NCBI GenBank assembly: GCA_022571215.1
Contig: JACZYG010000014.1
Coordinates: 3,884-67,883 of the forward strand
Reading direction: 5' to 3'
Source of the DNA: Fidelibacterota bacterium
GTDB lineage: Bacteria > Fidelibacterota > SORT01
DNA length: 64,000 nucleotides
Shown here piece after piece: positions 20,134 through 30,216 of the stretch (the first letter of the stretch is position 1; every line of letters starts with the position of its first letter). The position numbers were made by a program, and so were the translations under genes. The notes beneath the pieces were generated by a model that ran no database searches, was not told the origin of the DNA, and worked only from the letters and a program-made list of their open reading frames with translations.

Positions 20134-20174
20134 CTTTTACCCCCATTCTTTAACGTCTCTCCTCAACGAACCAC

Positions 20175-20372
20175 CCAGTCCTTCCCGTTTCTTATCTTGC
20201 TCATGCAGGGTCAACAGCCCTTAGATTCTGCCCAGATTTAACCGGAAAGCGGGCGGGAGCCAATCTTCCGAACAGGTTCACAGACCTAGGAGTCCAAGCC
20301 GGCTTCAATCCGCCCGGAGATATACGTCTTATTGCTGTTATAAATAACATCATAATATACAAAAATTCTAAC
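20175..20372 (-). ncRNA. Predicted bridge RNA (ends approximate)
   Basis: 5' hairpin; target loop with guides at 20296-20288 and 20272-20265; donor loop with guides at 20231-20223 and 20200-20196; each guide pair separated by a short stem-loop. Confidence 0.8.
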
Positions 20373-20407
20373 AAACGATAACATACAAGGAGTTTAGGCA
20401 ATTAGTC

Positions 20408-21198
20408 CCCTAACCCGCACGAGTCCGATAATTCCCCTCTATCAAGAGGGGTAGCCGATCCTTTAGAAATCTTAAAGCAAAAGGCTGGGGTGTGTAATAG
20501 AGATATATGATAAAAATTTGACGCGTTTTGCAACTGACAACTTCTGACACACCCCGTCTTTTATCCCGAACAATCGAGATAAAATCCTCCGTAGGAGTTC
20601 CTTCGGAACACCCCTCTTGATAGAGGGGAATTACGCGCATCAGAGATGCGATGTGCGCGAGTCATCCCGAAGCTTCGGGATGACACACCGCATAACCACA
20701 TTATAAAGGCGTCAGGACAAGTCCTGACTGCCACTAAATACTTTGTCTTTGCGAGGAATCCGTCAGCTGACGGATGACGCGGCAATCTCATGCTGATAAA
20801 ATTAATCTGAGATTGCTTCGTCGTTTCCTCCGCATTCTTCGGAGATCACTCCTCGCAATGACTGCGAGGTGCGGTCAGGGCCAGCCCGACATTGCTCTGG
20901 TGGGCAATCTCAAAATTTAAATTAACAGATTAGCCTTTACACACCCCGTCTTAGATAATCCGCGATTATCTAATCCACCCCTCTTAATTAGAGGGGAACA
21001 TAAGGATTTTATTCTTTGATTTTAAACAACCCCTTTGTCCCCTCCTTAGGAAGGAGGGGATGAAAAGTTCCTCTCCCCTTGAGGGGAGTGTCCGGCTTAT
21101 GCCGGACGAGGGGTGTAATCGTACGATGATAATTATTCTGGAGAGAAGATCAGAATCACACCCTCCGTCACTCCATGACACCTCCCTCGAGGGAGGAG
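20408..21198. repeat. Dense island of family A, B and C palindromes
   Basis: More than ten hairpins homologous to those at 27-220, 1103-1522 and 61820-62544. Confidence 0.85.
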
Positions 21199-21237
21199 GA
21201 TCGAACACGCTCGAAATATCAGAAGCGGCACTGCCGC

Positions 21238-21660
21238 TCAGTCATCATCCTTGACATCACCCCGGAGGCGTTTGACCCTGCCTCTATTTTTCTTATTTTT
21301 CAGTCGTTTTTCTATCGAGGCGCGGGTCGGTTTGGTTTTACGGCGAGGTTTCGGCTTATGAAGCGCTTTAAGGATGAGAGCTTTAAGTCGTTTCAGCGCT
21401 TCCTCGCGGTTTTGCGATTGTGAACGGGAAGTTCTTGCGTCAAGAACGATAATTCCGTCTGAAGTGACCCTCTTGCCTGCTAATTTCAGCAATTTCGGTT
21501 TTATCTCTTCAGGAATGGAGGTGGAGTTCCGCAGGTCGAATCGAAGTTGAACCGCAGACGCTACCTTGTTGACGTTTTGTCCGCCCGGGCCGGATGAGCG
21601 CACGAAGTCGAAGTGGAGCTCGGAGGATCTGATAGTTATATTTGAGTTTATTTCGAGCAT
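21238..21660 (-). CDS. arfB: Alternative ribosome rescue factor ArfB (YaeJ)
   Basis: SSGPGGQNVNKV, RSQSQNR, basic C-terminal tail. Confidence 0.95.
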   Translation of the reverse strand: MLEINSNITIRSSELHFDFVRSSGPGGQNVNKVASAVQLRFDLRNSTSIPEEIKPKLLKLAGKRVTSDGIIVLDARTSRSQSQNREEALKRLKALILKALHKPKPRRKTKPTRASIEKRLKNKKNRGRVKRLRGDVKDDD

Positions 21661-21666
21661 AATAAA

Positions 21667-21788
21667 CCACCCCTGCCTCTTCGAGGCATCCCCTCCTTAA
21701 AAAGGAGGGGAACTATGCGCATCAGAGATGCGATGTGCGAGTCAGGCTTTCCCCGCCGATGGTGGCGTATGCCGCTCCCCGCAATGAC
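21667..21788. repeat. Family B hairpin, GCATC-AGA-GATGC hairpin, and partial C and A copies
   Basis: GCGCATCAGAGATGCGATGTGCG is shared with about 20635-20657. Confidence 0.7.
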
Positions 21789-21800
21789 AGCAATGCGGCA

Positions 21801-24680
21801 TCATTTTTCGAGTACTTCCCGTATCTTCATTCCGAGCGACGATGCCGTGAATGGTTTTTGCAGGAAGGAGAGACCTTCGTCTATCATTCCGTGTTTGGCG
21901 ATCACATCGTCCGAATAACCCGATATGAAAAGCACTTTCATATCCTTCCGCTTCTTCGCAAGTTGTTCGGAGAGTTCCCGCCCGTTCAGTCCGGGCAGTA
22001 TAAGGTCGGTTAGGAGAAGATGAATTTTATTATTGAATTTCTTGGAGATTTTCATCGCTTCCTCAGAATCTGCGGCATGTATTACCAAATATCCGAGGTC
22101 TTTGAGTATTTCAGTCAGCACCTCTCTGACCTCCGCATCGTCCTCTACGAGTAAAATGACCTCGTCTCCGCGATAATCTTTTTCAATAATACTCTCTTGT
22201 TTTATCTCTTCTACCAGCTTGTCGATTCTCGGCAGGTATATCCTGAAAGTAGTGCCTTTCCCGGGTTTGGTATGACAGGTGATCTCACCGGAGTGTTGTT
22301 TCACGATGCCGTAGACTACGGAAAGACCGAGTCCGGTTCCTACTCCTTTATCCTTCGTAGTGAAAAACGGTTCAAATATATGGTCTTTTATTTCGTTGGT
22401 CATGCCCAGACCGTTATCAATGACGGAAATAAGCACGTAATCACCTTCGGAAAGATCAAGTCCGGCATTAATATGGTCAGCGTTCACTGATACGTTTTCG
22501 GTCAATATGGTAACAGTCCCCTTACCGCCGAGCGCGTCCTTGGCGTTTATGACGAGATTCAAAAGTACCTGCTCAATCTGAATAGGATCCGCCTTAATGT
22601 TCCAAAGCTCCGTCGCCGGTTTTATCTTAACGGAAACATCTTCTCCTATGGAGCGTTGTAAGAGTTCACCTACTGAGAGGAGGGTTGTATTAATATTGAT
22701 GACATGAGGCTCAAGAACCTGTTTTCTTCCGAACGCCATCAGCCTTGACGTAAGTTGCGTGGCGCGCGTAGCGCTTTTGTTTATCGTGGTTAGCGCTCGT
22801 TTTACCGGGTCACCATCTTCGAGGCGCGAAAGGTGCATCTGAGAGAGCGCAAGGATTGGAGTCAGCGCATTGTTAAAATCGTGCGCTATCCCGCCGGCAA
22901 GGTTTCCTATAACCTCCATACGCTGAGCGTGACGGAGCTGCTCTTCGGCGTTCATCCGATCCGTCATATCCGAGCCGATGCTTGCCGCGCCGAATATTTT
23001 ACCGGACGAATCTCTAAGAGGAGTATTATTCCAGAAGAAAAGTAATCTGCCTCCGTTGCTGGTTATTATTTCGTGCTCATGGTGAGAAGAAATTGAACCG
23101 GTGGAAACATTATCCAAATACGTTTTTTTAATCTCATCTTTTATCTCTTCGGGAAGGAAGATGTCGAACCAGTTTTTGCCTAAAATGTCTTTCTTCTCAT
23201 GACCGGTTTTTTCGGACAGGTAATCGTTGCAAAAGAGAATATTACCTTCAAGATCAAGTAGAATGGCTATCATCCTCAGGTTTTCAAGCAGTTCACGGAA
23301 TCTCCGTTCGGTTTGGAGCAAGGCTTCCTCGGATTGCTTATGTTGAGTTATATCTCTGATAATTCCCTGATACCGCGAAACTTTTCCGTCTGCAGAAAGT
23401 CTTATAGTCGCAGAGAGCAGACAATCTATAGGTGTGCCGTCCTTCATTTTGAGTTTTAGTTCATAATCTCTGACATACCCGTGGGATTCTAATTCTTGTA
23501 TAAATGTAAGTCGGTGATCAGGATTGACGTAGGTGTCACTCGCGGTAATCTCCTTGATTTCTTCACGGGTGTAACCGAAGAGCTCAAGACCCGATTGGTT
23601 TATCTCTAAGAAGTGTCCATCGGCATCGGTAACATAGATAGTGTCCCGTGATTCTTCAAATATTGACCTGTATTTACGTTCGCTTTCAGCCAACTCGAAT
23701 TCAGCTTTCTTTCGCTGTGTTATATCCCTTGCGACAGCCTGAAAACCTTTTACAACGCCTTTATCAATAATAGGTTGAACGTTTTGACCAAGCCATATTT
23801 CCGTGCCGTCGCCTTTAATGGCGGGGAATTCGAAGTAGGTATTCGGAACTTTATCCCGAAACTGTTTTGTATAGAATTTTTCGGCGATTTTGCGATAATC
23901 CTTCCTGATGAGACTAAGATAATTTTTTCCTAACAGCTCCTCTTTGGAAAACTTCATGAGGACACAGGCATTGGGATTGAAGTAAGTCGAATTGCCCTTC
24001 CTATCGGTTTCGTATATCATATCGCTCGCGTTATCAATAATATGCCTGAATCGGGCTTCGCTCTCCTGAAGAGCCTTTTCCATTTTTTTTCTTTCTTTAA
24101 TATCTTTCCGAAGTTTATCCAGCGCCTGGTTCAGCTCTTCTGTGCGTTGTTTGACTTTTTCTTCAAGCGTCTTGTTGAGACTGATTATTTCCTGCTCTAT
24201 CTTTTTGCGTGAAGAAATATCCCTTGCGATACCGAGAACGAGTTTACGTCCACCGATCTTAACCGGGTGAGTACGCACCTCCAGATCGACCTTTGAGCCG
24301 TCTTTTCTCTTGAAAACAAAAACTGTAGGACCCGTAGATTTTCCCCGGGCATTATTGTATAAATGTTTTGCCGCAGTGATGATTCCACCCGGTGAGAGCA
24401 GCGTAAGCTTTAGGAAGCTCTTTCCGATGAGCTCTTCCCGTTTATAACCGGAAATTTTTTCAGCCATCAAATTCCCGTCGACAAAGAATCCCATGAGATC
24501 GAAAAGATAATATGCATCGGGAGCGTATTCAAAAATTACGTTGAGATCTTCAGCGCTTAAACCGTTTTTAAAATAGCTTGAATATAGGGAGTCCGGAGCT
24601 TCTGCGTCGGTTGCCGAATCCTTTGCTGACAGCTTTAATTCTTTTTCTGATGTTCCTTTTCTTTTTTTAGATTTTTTCAA
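21801..24680 (-). CDS. Multi-PAS hybrid sensor histidine kinase with receiver domain
   Basis: Four PAS-like repeats; AGGIAHDFNN H-box; FEPFFTTK and GTGLGL; LLVEDD..LTD..KP receiver. Confidence 0.95.
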   Translation of the reverse strand: MKKSKKRKGTSEKELKLSAKDSATDAEAPDSLYSSYFKNGLSAEDLNVIFEYAPDAYYLFDLMGFFVDGNLMAEKISGYKREELIGKSFLKLTLLSPGGIITAAKHLYNNARGKSTGPTVFVFKRKDGSKVDLEVRTHPVKIGGRKLVLGIARDISSRKKIEQEIISLNKTLEEKVKQRTEELNQALDKLRKDIKERKKMEKALQESEARFRHIIDNASDMIYETDRKGNSTYFNPNACVLMKFSKEELLGKNYLSLIRKDYRKIAEKFYTKQFRDKVPNTYFEFPAIKGDGTEIWLGQNVQPIIDKGVVKGFQAVARDITQRKKAEFELAESERKYRSIFEESRDTIYVTDADGHFLEINQSGLELFGYTREEIKEITASDTYVNPDHRLTFIQELESHGYVRDYELKLKMKDGTPIDCLLSATIRLSADGKVSRYQGIIRDITQHKQSEEALLQTERRFRELLENLRMIAILLDLEGNILFCNDYLSEKTGHEKKDILGKNWFDIFLPEEIKDEIKKTYLDNVSTGSISSHHEHEIITSNGGRLLFFWNNTPLRDSSGKIFGAASIGSDMTDRMNAEEQLRHAQRMEVIGNLAGGIAHDFNNALTPILALSQMHLSRLEDGDPVKRALTTINKSATRATQLTSRLMAFGRKQVLEPHVININTTLLSVGELLQRSIGEDVSVKIKPATELWNIKADPIQIEQVLLNLVINAKDALGGKGTVTILTENVSVNADHINAGLDLSEGDYVLISVIDNGLGMTNEIKDHIFEPFFTTKDKGVGTGLGLSVVYGIVKQHSGEITCHTKPGKGTTFRIYLPRIDKLVEEIKQESIIEKDYRGDEVILLVEDDAEVREVLTEILKDLGYLVIHAADSEEAMKISKKFNNKIHLLLTDLILPGLNGRELSEQLAKKRKDMKVLFISGYSDDVIAKHGMIDEGLSFLQKPFTASSLGMKIREVLEK

Positions 24681-25064
24681 TAAAGTTCTTTAATATCTGA
24701 TTTTGCGCCGCTCCTGTAATAAACTGAAATAAAAATTAATTATCAGATAATTTCGTCTAATAAATAATAAAAAATATATCGGTAAATATAAAGCTTTTCA
24801 TTCATTTTTGAAAGAGGAAATACGCTGATTTTACCCTCATCCGCTCAAATTTTTATATATAACAGCTATCATGTTGTTATTTATAACTATAGCATAGTCA
24901 ATCTGACCCCACACTCATCTCAATAAGAAGCAAAAAACGTCACTGAGTCAGCATCCTTAAGATATTGTAAATGTGAGATATATCAACAATAAATTGTTTG
25001 TTGATGGAGAACACACAACGTTCTTCTCGTTTGGTTAACTTGGTTGTGAGTGGAGAGAGATAGA

Positions 25065-25448
25065 ATGAGCGGTAAAAATAAAGCGGATATTAAGAAAGAA
25101 GCAGCTTCGAGGAAAGCTTTTATCGGACTTTGTATAGCAATGGCGGGATGCGATTCAAAGATGGATATTAAAGAAATCTCGAAGCTCAGAAAAGTCATGG
25201 ACAGGTACGGATTTTCCGAAGAAGAGGTTGTGAGCGAACTCAAGGATTTTTCCAAAATGAACATCGAAGAGGCGTTAATATACGGAAGACGATGTATGGC
25301 CGCGCTTCCAAGCCTTGACAAAGACCTAAGGAAGAGATTGATAATATCGCTGTCTGAAATAGCGTTGGCAGAGGACGATTTTCAGGATACCGAAATGAAA
25401 GTGATGAACACCGTTATGAACTGGATAGATTTTGGTGAGACCCGGTAG
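25065..25448 (+). CDS. TerB-like (tellurite-resistance fold) protein
   Basis: MAGCD..KEI and IALAED..TE helical repeats resemble the TerB family. Confidence 0.55.
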   Translation: MSGKNKADIKKEAASRKAFIGLCIAMAGCDSKMDIKEISKLRKVMDRYGFSEEEVVSELKDFSKMNIEEALIYGRRCMAALPSLDKDLRKRLIISLSEIALAEDDFQDTEMKVMNTVMNWIDFGETR

Positions 25449-25584
25449 AGGAAATCTCAGCGGCTTAGCCTCAACGCAAGCTCAACTCTTTTGATACGTT
25501 TTATTTAGTCGGGATTTTGCTCATCGCCCGTTCTGTGAGCGCTGTTATTGTAAGAGCGTTTCTGCCATGAGCGATGGGGAACAT

Positions 25585-25770
25585 AAGCAATCGCAGAAAC
25601 CCGAACCTGCTCCGTAGCGGACGATCTCGGAATAGTTTCTTCAGCGTGAGATTGCCACGTCATCCGTCAGCCCGACGAACTCCCCGCCAGCACCGCGACA
25701 TCGGTCAGGCAGGCAAAGACGTAGCCTCTCCCTTTTAGGGGGTATCCTCCATCTGGCGACGGGAGTTGAT
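25585..25770. repeat. Degenerate family A and B repeats with a mini-insertion
   Basis: GAGATTGCCACG..CAAAGAC; CCTCTCCCTTTTAGGGGG. Confidence 0.65.
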
Positions 25771-26005
25771 TGATTTTGAATTAGACCGTTAAAACTGTTT
25801 CTCGTAAGGCTATTAATAGAGAAGTATCATATTTGGACCATTTTAATGGTTTTTATATAGAATGTGGTCAGGACTAAGAAAGTCATGAAGGAGTCCATGA
25901 AGAATGCCCACGACGCATGACTGACCCGCAATTCAATAATTGAATATTCAGATAAGGCGAAATGAAGTCAGCATAAAATTTTTGGGGAGAGGGGGGAAGG
26001 TTTTT

Positions 26006-26296
26006 TCAAACAAGACTCAAACTCTTCACATCCTGTTTTACCAATTCCTTTGCCGGTTTGAACTCAGGGACATGAGCGATGGAGTTTTGAATAATCTCCC
26101 CGATAATAGGATTGATTTCCGCGTATTCCGGGATGATGGAGTTTTTAAAAGTCTCAAGCCCGTTAAGGGTGACACTTCCTTGGTCATTTAAGGCAATTTT
26201 TATGTTGGTTGCCAAGGACCTGAGTACTTTCGCCGTCTCTTCAACGGTAACACCGCAATTCCGGGCTATTGCCCTTATGAAGTTGGTTCCGTTCAT
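26006..26296 (-). CDS. Divergent HU/IHF-family DNA-binding protein
   Basis: VTLNGLETF, INPIIGE, VPEFKPAKEL; ATG at 26296 preferred over 26338. Confidence 0.8.
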   Translation of the reverse strand: MNGTNFIRAIARNCGVTVEETAKVLRSLATNIKIALNDQGSVTLNGLETFKNSIIPEYAEINPIIGEIIQNSIAHVPEFKPAKELVKQDVKSLSLV

Positions 26297-26351
26297 ATAA
26301 ACCTTCCCTTTTCCCCAAAAAAACGTAAACTGATTCATATCCGGATATAGG

Positions 26352-26366
26352 GCAATTGTTGTGCCA
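26352..26366 (-). promoter_or_regulatory. sigma54 (-24/-12) promoter
   Basis: TGGCAC-AACAA-TTGC with consensus spacing. Confidence 0.7.
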
Positions 26367-26613
26367 ATTTAATCGGTTGGCAGTTTTTGGCGTAAACGCT
26401 ACACTATTTATTTGTTAAACAGCAAAACCGGAAATTATCGGCAATATATTGCCAATTTTAACCAATAAACGGTAATATACTGCACATATTACATTTTAGG
26501 TTTTACAAGGTTAGAAAGAATATGCTCCGCATATTCGGTTGCGCCATGAATCTATAACCTCAGTATGCGGAGCATTGTGGTTGTTGGAAGTCTAATAAAT
26601 CAAACAGGGTGGA

Positions 26614-27108
26614 TCATTTTACTGGCCTATCAAGTGAGGGCATCATTACCGGCTGCCAGGAGACGATGCCGTCTTTATTGATTATCGCTGAAAATTCTAA
26701 CCCTGTATAATTGCCTCTTGCTATAAGCGTGAAATGATCTTCTGAAATATCCGTTACTTCAAAGGTGCCCCATTCATAAGTTGAATCAACAGCGAAATTC
26801 TTAAGATCAGACATGGTAATAATTTTTGGAGCATTCATGCCCCTTGATACCGGTGTACTCCAGTATAATTTTGCCGTTTCCGATATTTGCTGTACCCCCT
26901 GCATAAGTTGATTAAATTCCATCAAAAGGACTTTCCGCTCAATGTTAAAATCCGCGAGCAGATATTCATATTGAGCGAAAACTTTATTCTGAAATATTTC
27001 GTTCTCCACTTTTACTTCATGAATAACATACCAGCCGATGCTCGAAGTAATTAATATCCCGAAAATCGAAATTACCAATACTATTAAAGCCGATTTATTT
27101 TGATTCAT
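26614..27108 (-). CDS. Hypothetical membrane-anchored, possibly pilin-like protein
   Basis: N-terminal hydrophobic helix, then a helix and a beta-rich domain; GGAGG RBS. Confidence 0.6.
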   Translation of the reverse strand: MNQNKSALIVLVISIFGILITSSIGWYVIHEVKVENEIFQNKVFAQYEYLLADFNIERKVLLMEFNQLMQGVQQISETAKLYWSTPVSRGMNAPKIITMSDLKNFAVDSTYEWGTFEVTDISEDHFTLIARGNYTGLEFSAIINKDGIVSWQPVMMPSLDRPVK

Positions 27109-27600
27109 TGTAAGGAATCCTCCAGGTTTGAGTCGTTGGCGGCAGAGGGAGCTGCCGCCGTTAAATCTGACTCGTTAACTTCAGTCATTTATTTGCTTCC
27201 GCGCGCTGTAAATGAATCATTTTTCCTGCTGTTATTATTCATGTCCCTTCCCAAAGGAGCCATCAGTATTACAATCCGTACCCGAGTTTAACCTTTTTTA
27301 TAATGTTATAGTTCCCGCTTGTCTTATTTCTCAAAAATCTCATGCCCCAAAGATATGCATTAGGAAATTCTACGATATGACTTAGAGCACGTTATACACT
27401 ATATAGGCGTTATACACGGTGTTTTTGTGACCTGCATCATAAAAACAGGATTATTTATGTTATCCAGGTCACAATAGGTTTAATTCTATGATTCTACGCA
27501 AAATGTGGAAGCAAAAATCCGCTCCTGATTTATTGTTTATTTTCTATTTAGAATTTGGTAAAAAATTATGACGATAAGTTTACAAACTCTAAATTATTTC

Positions 27601-27628
27601 TTGACTATTTATGGAGGCATGGTAAATT
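27601..27628 (+). promoter_or_regulatory. sigma70 promoter of the tRNA cluster
   Basis: TTGACT, 16 bp, TG-n-TAAATT, GC-rich discriminator. Confidence 0.65.
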
Positions 27629-27644
27629 TACGCTGCCGTAAAAC

Positions 27645-27717
27645 GCCACCATAGCTCAGTTGGAAGAGCAGGGGTTTTGTAAACCTCAGGTCGCGGGTTC
27701 GATTCCTGCTGGTGGCT
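27645..27717 (+). tRNA. tRNA-Thr(TGT)
   Basis: Cloverleaf; GCCACCA/TGGTGGC acceptor stem; anticodon TGT; GTTCGA T-loop. Confidence 0.95.
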
Positions 27718-27728
27718 CACGCTTAAAA

Positions 27729-27811
<83 letters not shown>

Positions 27812-27826
27812 CTTTACTTAGTTATG

Positions 27827-27915
27827 GTGCGGGTTAGGGCTTTTTTTGAAAGCCCCTCGAAACCCTGACGAAGAGAGGAAGATGTTTTACGGTCAGGATA
27901 AATCCTGACTCGCAC
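27827..27915. repeat. Two family C hairpins between tRNA-Tyr and tRNA-Gly
   Basis: GTGCGGGTTAGGGC..CGAAACCCTGAC; ACGGTCAGGATAAATCCTGACTCGCAC. Confidence 0.75.
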
Positions 27916-27920
27916 ATTAA

Positions 27921-27991
27921 GCGAGAGTAGCTCAATGGTAGAGCCCCGGCCTTCCAAGCCGGATATGCGGGTTCGATTCCCGTCTCTCGCT
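27921..27991 (+). tRNA. tRNA-Gly(TCC)
   Basis: GCGAGAG/CTCTCGC acceptor stem; anticodon TCC. Confidence 0.95.
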
Positions 27992-28126
27992 CATAGTAGC
28001 TTAAATGACGATAGACGAAGATGATTCTTCCTACCCTACGAATAAGGATTATGGGGGACCGGCATGAGAAGTATTTTCATTGGAGTAATTATAAGTTTGC
28101 TCACCGGATATTACTCCAAGATTTAA

Positions 28127-28348
28127 TTAAGGAGTGAATTTAAAAATAAAAAACTTATCGGAAATTACATAGTTGATTTCTTTGCCCCTAAATTAAATTT
28201 GATTATCGAAATTGATTGTATTACGCATGGTTTTAAGATTGAAGAAGATAAAGTTATACAAGAATTTCTTGAATCATTATCATTGACTGTGTTAAGATTC
28301 AGCGATTCAGATGTGAGGAAAAATTTGAACGGTGTGATTCATCCTTAG
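28127..28348 (+). pseudogene. Decayed DUF559 nuclease gene
   Basis: Translates to ..EFKNKKLIGNYIVDFFAPKLNLIIEIDCITH..LRFSDSDVRKNLNGV*, closely similar to 62065-62421; no start codon. Confidence 0.85.
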
Positions 28349-28376
28349 GGATAAGATTTGTGTAAATCGAACAATT

Positions 28377-28418
28377 ACACCCTCCGTCACTTCGTGACAC
28401 CTCCCTTCAGGGAGGAGG
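28377..28418 (+). repeat. Family B right-end palindrome
   Basis: ACACCCTCCGTCACTTCGTGACACCTCCCTTCAGGGAGGAG, homologous to 21158-21198. Confidence 0.85.
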
Positions 28419-28516
28419 TGCGGGATCTTATCAATTTCTGTTTTAATCAATTTATACTCGTAATCCGGAAAGCAGATAAAAAAGACAAATTTATTTTTAA
28501 ATAGGTACTTTTTTTC

Positions 28517-28545
28517 TTGACAGATATATCTTTCTTTCATAACTT
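28517..28545 (+). promoter_or_regulatory. sigma70 promoter of tRNA-Thr-tuf
   Basis: TTGACA, 17 bp, TAACTT. Confidence 0.7.
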
Positions 28546-28619
28546 TTAAAGCTGTCTTGCTTGCGTAAATTTTACGCTTGAATTGAGGCGGCTGAGGATC
28601 GATTTTACGGGTATTTTAC

Positions 28620-28692
<73 letters not shown>

Positions 28693-28756
28693 CTGAGATA
28701 GAGCGTCCTTTTTTATAGTAGGACGGAAAAATTGAAAATGATTTAGGAGGAGATTG

Positions 28757-29947
<1,191 letters not shown>

Positions 29948-29950
29948 AGG

Positions 29951-30100
29951 ATGAGAGATAAGATTACTCTTGAATGCGTAGATTGCCACCAGAGGAATTA
30001 CGACACGACTAAAAATAAACGGCTGCATCCGGACAGGGTTGAACACAAAAAGTATTGCCGGTTTTGTCAGAAGCACACAACCCATAAAGAGACTAAATAA
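29951..30100 (+). CDS. rpmG: 50S ribosomal protein L33 (49 aa, zinc-ribbon type; not in the ORF track)
   Basis: [40 protein letters not shown]. Confidence 0.96.
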   Translation: MRDKITLECVDCHQRNYDTTKNKRLHPDRVEHKKYCRFCQKHTTHKETK

Positions 30101-30115
30101 TTATTTTTAACATAA

Positions 30116-30189
30116 AGGCCTGTAGCTCCAATTGGTAGAGCGCCGGTCTCCAAAACCGGATGTTGGGGGTTCGAATCCCTCCAGGCCTG
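30116..30189 (+). tRNA. tRNA-Trp(CCA)
   Basis: AGGCCTG/CAGGCCT acceptor stem; anticodon CCA; precedes secE. Confidence 0.95.
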
Positions 30190-30216
30190 CATAGCGGGCA
30201 CGGGTATAGAAGGAAT

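Larger units (their letters stand above)
19137..20389 (-). mobile_element. Complete IS110-family (IS621-like) insertion sequence bounded by CT cores
   Basis: Minus-strand left junction CTAAACTC-CT-TGTATG; right junction GCAGAAT-CT-TCCGAAG; long non-coding end upstream of the recombinase gene. Confidence 0.9.

Noticed and set aside
20408-21198. Possible CRISPR array in the repeat islands (also 1103-1522)
   Set aside because: Repeats belong to several families in mixed orientation with irregular spacing; no constant repeat-spacer period and no cas genes.
20201-21423. Short ORFs of 64-82 aa over the repeat island; also 64-429, 10814-11008 and 62418-62624
   Set aside because: They are translations of palindromic repeats or of the bridge-RNA region.
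25510-25580. Imperfect hairpin after the TerB-like gene as a riboswitch or ncRNA
   Set aside because: No known motif recognised and no second copy seen.
28064-28126. 20-aa hydrophobic ORF MRSIFIGVIISLLTGYYSKI
   Set aside because: Too short to support; probably a fragment within the decayed insertion.
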